Positions 10,631 through 18,286 of a stretch of 24,670 nucleotides of DNA are shown here, piece by piece; position 1 is the first letter of the stretch, and each line of letters opens with the position of its first letter. The position numbers and the translations under genes were made by a program. The DNA is from Gemmatimonadota bacterium (lineage in GTDB: Bacteria; Gemmatimonadota; Gemmatimonadetes; Gemmatimonadales; GWC2-71-9), in assembly GCA_003221005.1 (NCBI GenBank), contig QHTZ01000028.1:1-24670 (forward strand), written 5' to 3'. A model generated the notes under the pieces. The model did no database searches. It was not told where the DNA came from and saw nothing but the letters and a program-made list of their open reading frames with translations.

Positions 10631-10636
10631 GGGCGA

Positions 10637-10665
10637 AAGATAGGGAAAACGGAGAGGCCAATCAA
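10637..10665 (-). promoter_or_regulatory. Sigma70-like promoter of the truA-pur operon, likely leaderless
   Basis: Minus strand TTGATT-17 nt-TATCTT-6 nt-GTG (truA start). Confidence 0.65.
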
Positions 10666-10688
10666 GCGGCGCAACCCATTGTCGTTAT

Positions 10689-10718
10689 TTGACAAGAGTC
10701 GTTTTTCCCGGGTACCTT
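10689..10718 (+). promoter_or_regulatory. Sigma70-like promoter of trpD
   Basis: TTGACA (10689-10694)-18 nt-TACCTT (10713-10718), just upstream of GTG 10723 and ATG 10738. Confidence 0.6.
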
Positions 10719-10737
10719 TCGCGTGCCCGAAACCACG

Positions 10738-11793
10738 ATGCCCGACACTTCCGCGCCGCTTCAGGAAGCGCTTGCGTTCCTCGCCAATCGCCGGTCGCTG
10801 AGCGAGCGCCTCACGGCGCAGGTGTTCGGCGTCGTCATGCGCGGCGAGGCGACGCCGGCCCAGGTGGCAGCCCTCCTCATGGGCCTGCGCGTAAAGGGGG
10901 AAACCCCTGACGAGGTCGCCGGCGCGGCCCGCGCGCTGCGGGAGGCGATGGTGCGGGTCGATGCGGCCGGGCCACACCTCGTGGACACCTGCGGCACGGG
11001 AGGTGGCGCCGTCGGGACGTTCAACATCTCGACCGCTGCTGCGTTCGTGGCCGCCGGCGCAGGAGCGACGGTGGCGAAGCACGGCAACCGCTCGTTTACG
11101 TCGAAGTGCGGGTCGGCGGATGTGCTGGAAGCGCTGGGCGTGACGATCGCCTTGGACGCGGGCGCCGCAGCGCGGGTGCTGCGCGAAGCATGCGTCACAT
11201 TCTTGTTCGCGCCAAACTTTCACCCCGCCATGAAGCACGTCGGACCGGTGCGCCGCGAGCTCGGCGTGCCATCGGTGATGAATCTGGTCGGGCCGCTCGC
11301 AAACCCGGCCGGGGCGCGGCGCCAGGTGCTTGGAGTCGCGGACCCGGAGCGCGTGGCGCTCATGGCTGAAGCGCTGGCGCGCCTTGGGGCTGAGCACGCC
11401 ATGGTCGTTCACGGGCGCATCGGAATGGACGAGGTCTCGCCCCTCGGGATGACGGATGTGTGGGAGGTTCGTGACGGTCGCGTGACCCATTGGGAGCTCG
11501 ACCCGGCGCAGTACGGCTACGCGATCGCCGACGCGGGGGCGCTGGCCGGCGGGGAGCCCGCCAACAACGCCGCGCGCGTTGAAGCATTGCTGGCGGGAGG
11601 GGGCAACGACGCTGCGGGGCGGGCCGCCGTCATGCTCAACGCCGGGGCCGCCGTCTACGTGGCGGGTCTCGCCTCGACCTATGTGGAGGGGATCAAGCGG
11701 GCAGCCGATGCCATCAGCCGGGGCCTAGCGCTACGCGCGCTCGAGCGGCTGCGCCAGGCGAGCGCTGGTGCCTCGGCTAGTACTTCCGGATGA
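10738..11793 (+). CDS. trpD: Anthranilate phosphoribosyltransferase
   Basis: LRVKGET, VDTCGTGG, TFNIST, AKHGNRSFTSKCGSADVLEALG, FAPNFHPAMK, NLVGPLANP, GMDEVS. Start is ATG 10738 or GTG 10723. Confidence 0.96.
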   Translation: MPDTSAPLQEALAFLANRRSLSERLTAQVFGVVMRGEATPAQVAALLMGLRVKGETPDEVAGAARALREAMVRVDAAGPHLVDTCGTGGGAVGTFNISTAAAFVAAGAGATVAKHGNRSFTSKCGSADVLEALGVTIALDAGAAARVLREACVTFLFAPNFHPAMKHVGPVRRELGVPSVMNLVGPLANPAGARRQVLGVADPERVALMAEALARLGAEHAMVVHGRIGMDEVSPLGMTDVWEVRDGRVTHWELDPAQYGYAIADAGALAGGEPANNAARVEALLAGGGNDAAGRAAVMLNAGAAVYVAGLASTYVEGIKRAADAISRGLALRALERLRQASAGASASTSG

Positions 11794-12385
11794 CGCCGAC
11801 CACGACTCCCTGCACGACGACGTCGCGCTCGTTCACGCGCAGCGGCGCCACACTGGGGTTAGCGGGCTGAAGGCGAATCCAGCCCCCGGGCTCGCGGTAG
11901 AACTTCTTGACCGTGGCGCTGCTGCCGTGGACCAACGCGACCACCATCTGGCCGCTGTCCGCCTGGTTCCGTTCTTGGACGATCACGAAATCGCCGTCGC
12001 GGATCTGCTCGTCGATCATGGAGCTCCCGCGGACCTTCAGGACGTAGCTGCGACCGCGTCGCGGCACCAGCTCGTCGGGCACGGCCAGCGTGTCGTCCCC
12101 CGTGATCGCCTCGATCGGCTCGCCCGCCGCCACGAGGCCCAGCAGCGGCAGCTCGGTGGCCCCCGTCTGGCCCTTCGGCGGAACGACCTCGATCGCGCGG
12201 CTCTCGTTGTGGGTGCGCCGGATGAACCCTTTGCGCTCCAGGTTCGTGAGATGCTCGTGCACGGTCGCGAGCGACTGGAAACCGAATTGCCGGGCGATCT
12301 CCTCGAAGCTCGGCGCGTACCCCTTGCTCTCGATATGTTGCGAGATGAAATCGAAGATCTCGCGCTGACGGCGCGTGAGCGGCAC
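11777..12385 (-). CDS. lexA: SOS repressor LexA
   Basis: LTRRQREIFDFI...GYAPSFEEIA winged HTH, VAAGEP (Ala-Gly cleavage site), GSSMID (catalytic Ser), ATVKKF (catalytic Lys), LQPAN. GGGAG RBS upstream. Confidence 0.97.
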   Translation of the reverse strand: MPLTRRQREIFDFISQHIESKGYAPSFEEIARQFGFQSLATVHEHLTNLERKGFIRRTHNESRAIEVVPPKGQTGATELPLLGLVAAGEPIEAITGDDTLAVPDELVPRRGRSYVLKVRGSSMIDEQIRDGDFVIVQERNQADSGQMVVALVHGSSATVKKFYREPGGWIRLQPANPSVAPLRVNERDVVVQGVVVGVIRKY

Positions 12386-12392
12386 CCTGGCT

Positions 12393-12435
12393 CCCGAAAA
12401 TAAACCGAAGCAAATCTACCCGAAAATCGCCCGAA
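12393..12435. promoter_or_regulatory. Two candidate LexA operators CCCGAAAAT-N3-CCGAA (TTCGG-N6-TTCGG on the lexA strand)
   Basis: CCCGAAAATAAACCGAA at 12393-12409 and CCCGAAAATCGCCCGAA at 12419-12435, in the 57-bp lexA/trpC intergenic region. Confidence 0.7.
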
Positions 12436-12440
12436 CGCAA
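12413..12440 (-). promoter_or_regulatory. Sigma70-like promoter of lexA
   Basis: Minus strand TTGCGT (12440-12435)-16 nt-TAGATT (12418-12413). Confidence 0.6.
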
Positions 12441-12442
12441 GG

Positions 12443-13234
12443 ATGGCCCAAGCCACGCTCGACACGATCCTCGCTGCCACGCGGCGCCGCGTCGCCGAGC
12501 TGCGGCCCCGGGCATCCGAGCTCGAGCGGCGCGCCGCCCAGGCGCCCGCGCCGCCGCGGTTCGCCGACGCCCTCAAGGGACCCCTGGTCGGCGTGATCGC
12601 CGAGGTCAAGCGGCGGTCCCTATCGGCCGGCGCCATCGCTCCGGGGCTCGATCCCGTCGCCCACGCGGCGGCCTACGCCCGGGGCGGCGCCGTGGCGATC
12701 TCGGTCCTCACCGACGAGCCCCACTTCGGCGGGTCACTCGAGGACTTGGAACGCGTGGCGCGGGAGGTCCCGGTGCCCGCGCTCCGCAAGGACTTCATCC
12801 TCGACGAGCTGCAGCTGCTCGAAGCGCGGGGGGCGGGCGCGAGCGGTGTCCTCCTGATCGTGCGGGCGGTGACGCCGGCGCGGCTGCGAGACCTGGCGCG
12901 CACGGCCGGCGCACTCGGCCTGGGCGTGCTCGTCGAAGTGCATACCGAGCTTGAGCTCGACGCAGCCCTCGCGGCGGAGCCGACCGCGGTGGGCGTCAAT
13001 AGTCGCGACCTCGCGACGTTCGCCGTGGATCTCGGCCTGGCCTTGCGGCTCGTGGCGCGCGTCCCCCACGGCATCCCGGCGGTAGCGGAGAGCGGCATTG
13101 AGGGTCGCGCTGACGTCGAGCGGTTCGCGGCGGCGGGCGCGGACCTCGTACTGGTAGGGACCTCCGTGGCCCGGACGACCGATCCGGCCTCCTCGGTACG
13201 GGCGCTTGTGGGCGTCCCAAGGAAAAGTCGATGA
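12443..13234 (+). CDS. trpC: Indole-3-glycerol phosphate synthase
   Basis: [52 protein letters not shown]. Confidence 0.96.
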   Translation: MAQATLDTILAATRRRVAELRPRASELERRAAQAPAPPRFADALKGPLVGVIAEVKRRSLSAGAIAPGLDPVAHAAAYARGGAVAISVLTDEPHFGGSLEDLERVAREVPVPALRKDFILDELQLLEARGAGASGVLLIVRAVTPARLRDLARTAGALGLGVLVEVHTELELDAALAAEPTAVGVNSRDLATFAVDLGLALRLVARVPHGIPAVAESGIEGRADVERFAAAGADLVLVGTSVARTTDPASSVRALVGVPRKSR

Positions 13235-14430
13235 CCGACGACCGCATGACAGCTCCCGGGCGGTTTGGTCGCTACGGCGGGCGGTACGTCCCGGAGACGC
13301 TGATGGCGGCGCTTGAGCAGCTCGAGGCGGTCTACGCCGCGGCGCAGGCGGACCCCGCTTTCTGGGCGGAGCTTGACGGGCTGCTCCGCGATTACGTGGG
13401 CCGGCCCACGCCGCTCACCGAAGTACCGCGCCTCTCGGCAGCGGTCGGGCCGGGGGTACGCGTGGTGCTCAAGCGCGAGGATCTGAACCACACGGGGGCG
13501 CACAAGATCAACAACACCCTCGGTCAGGGGCTCTTGGCCCGCCGCATGGGGAAGCGGCGCATTATCGCCGAGACCGGGGCCGGGCAGCACGGCGTGGCCA
13601 CGGCGACCGTGTGCGCCCGTTTCGGACTCGACTGCGTCGTGTACATGGGTGAAGAGGACATGCGGCGCCAGCGGCTCAACGTTTATCGCATGGAGCTGAT
13701 GGGCGCGCGCGTCGTCCCCGTGGCCTCTGGTACCAAGACGCTGAAAGACGCGACCAACGAAGCGCTGAGGGACTGGGTCACCAACGTCACGGACACCCAC
13801 TACATCATCGGGTCGGTCGTGGGTCCCGATCCCTTCCCCCGCATCGTGCGGGACTTCCAGGCTGTGATCGGGCGCGAAGCGCGCGCCCAGGTGCTCGAGC
13901 GGTACGGGCGCTTACCCAAGAGCGTCGTCGCGTGTGTGGGTGGCGGATCGAACGCGATGGGCATCTTTACGGCCTTCCTCGACGACCGGAGCGTGGAGCT
14001 CGTGGGGGTCGAGGCGGCGGGCGAGGGGGTGGAGACGGGGCGGCACGCCGCGTCGCTGGGGCGCGGCCGTCCCGGGGTATTCCACGGCAGCCTCAGCTAC
14101 CTACTGCAAGATGCGGACGGCCAGGTGCAGCCGGCCCACAGCGTGTCGGCGGGGCTCGACTACCCCGGGGTGGGGCCGGAGCACGCTTTTCTCAAGGACT
14201 CCGGCCGCGTATTGTATCAGGCGATCACAGACCGAGAGGCCCTGGAGGCGTTCGGGGAGCTGTCGCGGCTGGAGGGGATCCTCCCGGCCCTCGAGAGCGC
14301 ACATGCCGTGGCGTGGGTGCGGACCCGCCGCGAGCGTTGGAGCGAGGGCGATATCGTGCTCATCAACCTGAGCGGGCGCGGCGACAAGGACGTCGCAATG
14401 GTCGCCGAGCTCAGCGGGGCCACCCCGTGA
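13231..14430 (+). CDS. trpB: Tryptophan synthase beta chain
   Basis: [28 protein letters not shown] (PLP lysine), [43 protein letters not shown]. Confidence 0.98.
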   Translation: MTDDRMTAPGRFGRYGGRYVPETLMAALEQLEAVYAAAQADPAFWAELDGLLRDYVGRPTPLTEVPRLSAAVGPGVRVVLKREDLNHTGAHKINNTLGQGLLARRMGKRRIIAETGAGQHGVATATVCARFGLDCVVYMGEEDMRRQRLNVYRMELMGARVVPVASGTKTLKDATNEALRDWVTNVTDTHYIIGSVVGPDPFPRIVRDFQAVIGREARAQVLERYGRLPKSVVACVGGGSNAMGIFTAFLDDRSVELVGVEAAGEGVETGRHAASLGRGRPGVFHGSLSYLLQDADGQVQPAHSVSAGLDYPGVGPEHAFLKDSGRVLYQAITDREALEAFGELSRLEGILPALESAHAVAWVRTRRERWSEGDIVLINLSGRGDKDVAMVAELSGATP

Positions 14431-16027
14431 CCGGCATCAGCCGGTTTGCACCGGCTCACGTCCCGGAGCTGGCGCTGCCCCCGGCGCAGGTCGAGGAGCT
14501 GATGCAGGTCCTCGTGAAGGGTCTGCGCGCCACCCAGCTCTACCTGCCGAACAATCCGGTGTACCAGCGCGCGGTCGAGAACATTCGCGCGAGCTTCCGT
14601 CAAATCTGGCAGGCGACCGACGATCTCCACCTCGACGTGGAGGAGACCTCGTTCAAGTGGGAGAACGCGGTCGTCTACAGCCAGGAGCAGCGTGGGGAGA
14701 GTATCGCCTGGACCTTGTACAAGGACGGGATCCGCTCGGTCACCATTCGTCCGGGCGTCGAGGACGCGGAGATCGTGCGCTTCCTCGCCGTGCTGCACAA
14801 GGCGAAGAACCTCGCCGCCGACGCGCCCGACGACCTGCTGACGCTGCTCTGGTCGGAGGACTTCCAGTTCATCAGCTACACGTTCCGCGAGCTCGCGGCG
14901 GAGAACGCCGTCCCGATCGAAGCGGGCGAGACGATCCCCTCGGCCCCTCCCAGCGAGATCCGCCACGCGGTCGAGCAGGAGGCCCCGCCGCGGCCCGAAG
15001 GCATTGTGTCGATCGAGGAGTTCGACACGACGCTCTACTTCCTCGAGGAGCGCGAGATCGAGTACCTGCGCAAGGAGGCCGACCGGGAGTATGCGCAGGA
15101 CTTGCGGCGCAACGTGCTCGCGATGCTGTTCGACCTGCTCGAGCTGCAGACCTACGGCACCGTACGGGCGGAGCTGATCGGGATCGTCGAGAACTTCATC
15201 CCCTATCTGCTCGGCGCTGGGGACTTCCGGTCGGTCGCCTACATCCTGCGTGAGGTGCGCGTGGTGCTGGAGCGGGCGCGCGAGCCACGGTGCACCCCAC
15301 CGAGGAGGAGCTCAGCGAAACCTTCCGGGAGCTGCGCGCCGAGGCGTTGCCGACCCTGATGGGCTGGATCCCGCGCCTCACGAACGAGCGGGTGCGCGAT
15401 CTCGTCAACACAGCCGCGTCGCGCCTCGCGCAGGATCACGCGAGCGAAGTGTTGATGGCGCTCGCGAGCCCGGACTCAGGGGCGCAGCTCGAAATGGTCC
15501 GGCTCGCCGGACGCCTCAAGCTGGCGGGCGCCCCGGACGGCATGGGGCCTCTGCTCGACAGCGAGGACCGCACGCTGAAGCTCGCCGTGGTGGAGGCGCT
15601 GACCCACATCGCCAGCCCCTCCGCGCTGCGGCTGCTCGAGAAAGCGGTGGACGACGGCGACCGCGACGTGCGCATTGCGGCCGTGAAATTCCTGGCGTCG
15701 CGGGGACATCGCAACGTGTTCAACCGGGTGGAAGCGGCGGTAACGGGCGCGAGACTGAAGCATACCGATCTCACCGAGAAGATGGCGTTCTACGAGGCGT
15801 ACGGGACGCTCGCCGGGCCCAAGGGGATCCCCGTGCTCGAGAAGACCCTCATCGCGAAGGGGCTGCTCGCGAAGAAGGAGGATCCCGAGACCCGGGCCTG
15901 CGCGGCGATGGCGCTCGGCAAGATCCGCACACCCGAAGCCCGGGCCGTGCTCGAAAAGGCGTCGCAGGACAAGGAGGCGCTGGTCCGGAACGCCGTCAGC
16001 CGGGCGCTGCGCGAGGTCGGATCGTGA
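14427..16027 (+). CDS. HEAT-repeat protein with an uncharacterised N-terminal domain, split by a frameshift near 15284
   Basis: GTG 14427 overlaps the trpB stop. Frame 1 reads sensibly to VLERARE, then frame 2 continues [10 protein letters not shown] with HEAT/PBS-like repeats ([48 protein letters not shown]) to TGA 16027. Confidence 0.8.
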
Positions 16028-17502
16028 GCGGCAGCGCGCCCGAGGGTCGCCGGGCATCGATCGTCGAGACCGTCGCCACCACGGACGGCTTCCTGCGCCT
16101 CGCAGGACGCGATTTCCTCGTCGTCCTCTACACGGCATTCCGCTCGCTCAAGCTGTACCCGCTCGAGAACGCCCAGGTGCAGAAGGCGCTGGACGACCTG
16201 GGCGCCACCACGAAGCACCTCCTCGACGTGGAGCGGGAGATCGAGCTGCGGATGCAGGGCGAGTTCATCTTCGTCAACTCGACGCGGCTGCGCCTCGACC
16301 TCGACAACTATGCCTCGTTCTCCCACATCCTGGGCGTGCTCCGGCAGTGCGGCATCGGCGCTGTCCGCGTGGACGAAGGCGTGGACCGCAAGCAGCTCCA
16401 GATCTTCGTCTCCCTGCTGCTCTCGTACGCGGCCAAGGAGGTAAATCCGAACAAGGTGTTCGAGCTCGGGCAGAAGCTGAGCGACGGCGGCGTCACCTGC
16501 ATCGGCGTCGAGCCCCCGCTCGAGACCGAGGAGGACGTGGAGGACGTCGAGCGGCAGAAGGAGGCGGCGAAGCGCACCTACGCCCGCTCGGTGGCGGTGA
16601 CCAAAGAGGTCATCAACAGCATCCGCATGGGCCGCACCGCCAACGTGAAGAAGGTGAAGCGCGCCGTGCAGGCGATTGTGGACCAGGTGCTGAACAACGA
16701 GGCGTCGCTCGTCGGCCTGACGACGCTGCGCGACTACGACGAGTACACGTTCACCCACTCGGTGAACGTGAGCATCTTCTCAGTCGCCCTGGGGCGTAAG
16801 CTCGGCTTCTCCAAGCTGCAGCTCTACGACCTCGGCATGGCCGCGCTGTTCCACGACGTGGGCAAGTCCCGCGTGCCCCTCGAGATCCTGAACAAGCAGG
16901 GCGGCTTAAGCGACGAAGAGTGGCGCATCATGACGGCGCACCCATGGCTCGGAGTGCTCACGCTCTTCGGGCTGCGGGGCTATGGGGAGATCCCCTACCG
17001 CGGGATGATCGTCGCGTACGAGCACCACATGAAGACGGATCTCACCGGGTACCCGAAGTCACTTCGGGCCCGCGAGCTGTCCATCTTCTCCAAGATCGTC
17101 GCGGTGGCCGACGGCTTCGACGCGGCCACGAGCCGGCGCGCATATCAGACGGTGCCGATTCAGCCGGACCAGGTGCTCAAGGAAATGTGGGAGAACCCCC
17201 GTCGCGGCTACGACCCCGTGGTGGTGAAGGCCTTCATCAACCTCATCGGCATTTATCCCGTGGGGACGTGCGTGATCCTCGACACCATGGAGGTGGCGAT
17301 CGTCCACGCGGCCAACCCCGACGTGACCCAGGTGCACCGCCCCGTGGTGCGGATCGTCGCCACACCCGAAGGCGCGGTGCAGCACCCCGGCGTCCTGGCT
17401 GATCTGGCGCAGCGCGACGCCCAGGGCAACTACCCGAGGACCGTCGTCAAGGTCACCGACCCCCAGAAATACGGCATCAACGTCAGCGACTATTTTGTCT
17501 GA
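16024..17502 (+). CDS. HD-GYP domain protein (putative cyclic-dinucleotide phosphodiesterase or binder)
   Basis: GTG 16024 overlaps the upstream stop. DEYTFTHSVNV, FHDVGK, HPWLG, HHMKTDLTGYP, VADGFDAATSRRAY, and a C-terminal GIYPVGTCVIL extension. Confidence 0.9.
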   Translation: MSGSAPEGRRASIVETVATTDGFLRLAGRDFLVVLYTAFRSLKLYPLENAQVQKALDDLGATTKHLLDVEREIELRMQGEFIFVNSTRLRLDLDNYASFSHILGVLRQCGIGAVRVDEGVDRKQLQIFVSLLLSYAAKEVNPNKVFELGQKLSDGGVTCIGVEPPLETEEDVEDVERQKEAAKRTYARSVAVTKEVINSIRMGRTANVKKVKRAVQAIVDQVLNNEASLVGLTTLRDYDEYTFTHSVNVSIFSVALGRKLGFSKLQLYDLGMAALFHDVGKSRVPLEILNKQGGLSDEEWRIMTAHPWLGVLTLFGLRGYGEIPYRGMIVAYEHHMKTDLTGYPKSLRARELSIFSKIVAVADGFDAATSRRAYQTVPIQPDQVLKEMWENPRRGYDPVVVKAFINLIGIYPVGTCVILDTMEVAIVHAANPDVTQVHRPVVRIVATPEGAVQHPGVLADLAQRDAQGNYPRTVVKVTDPQKYGINVSDYFV

Positions 17503-18286
17503 CCACCCGATCGCGGCGCGGTGGCGCGTGGTCCGGGACGAGCGCCGCGCTGCGCTCATTCCGTACCTCACCGCGGGTTACCCCACGCCGGCGCGCGCGG
17601 TCGAGGCGTTGCGCATGGTCGCAGCCGCGGGCGCGGACCTGGTGGAGGTCGGCCTCCCGTTTTCCGATCCCCTGGCGGACGGCGTCACGATCCAGCGCTC
17701 CACGCAGGCTGCGCTCGATCAGGGCGTGACGGCGGCGCGCGCGCTCGAACTGGTCGACCAGGCAGCGCTCGATATCCCGGTCGTGATCATGACCTACGTC
17801 AATCCGGTGCTGGCGTACGGCGTCGAGCGGTTCCTCTCCGATGCCCACGCGGCGGGTGCCTCCGGGCTGCTGCTCACCGATTTCCCCGCGGGCGCCGACC
17901 CCGACCTCGAGGAGCGCGTGGCGGCGAGTCCGCTCGCCCTGATCCGCCTGATCGCGCCCACGACGCAGCCCGAGCGCCTGGCGCGCGCAGTCCGGGGCGC
18001 GAGCGGATTCATCTACCTCATCTCGCGCCTCGGGGTCACGGGCGCTCGCGACGAGGCGCCGCCGGATCTCTCCAAGCACGTCGCTGCGATCCGCGCCGCC
18101 ACGCGTTTGCCCATCGCGGTAGGGTTTGGGATCGGCACGGCGGCGCAGGCGCGCGCCACGGCACGCGTGGCCGACGGCGTGGTCGTCGGGAGCGCGTTGG
18201 TGGAGGCGCTGGGCGGGGGCGGCCTGTCCGAGGCGGAGCGTCTCGTCCGCGCGCTCGCCGCGGCGGTGCGGGAGGAGCGGCGGTGA
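17495..18286 (+). CDS. trpA: Tryptophan synthase alpha chain
   Basis: [68 protein letters not shown] start. Confidence 0.97.
   Translation: MSDHPIAARWRVVRDERRAALIPYLTAGYPTPARAVEALRMVAAAGADLVEVGLPFSDPLADGVTIQRSTQAALDQGVTAARALELVDQAALDIPVVIMTYVNPVLAYGVERFLSDAHAAGASGLLLTDFPAGADPDLEERVAASPLALIRLIAPTTQPERLARAVRGASGFIYLISRLGVTGARDEAPPDLSKHVAAIRAATRLPIAVGFGIGTAAQARATARVADGVVVGSALVEALGGGGLSEAERLVRALAAAVREERR

Noticed and set aside
11777-12385. lexA as a prophage CI-like repressor or mobile-element marker
   Set aside because: Full canonical LexA architecture, and no phage, integrase or att-like features nearby.
15250-16023. Long N-terminal extensions in the ORF track (HD-GYP from 15250, HEAT from 13932, MCP from 17521, purF from 2449, purL from 4431, purS from 7096)
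   Set aside because: Low-complexity Arg/Gly/Ala read-through overlapping real upstream genes; better starts exist at the coupled junctions.
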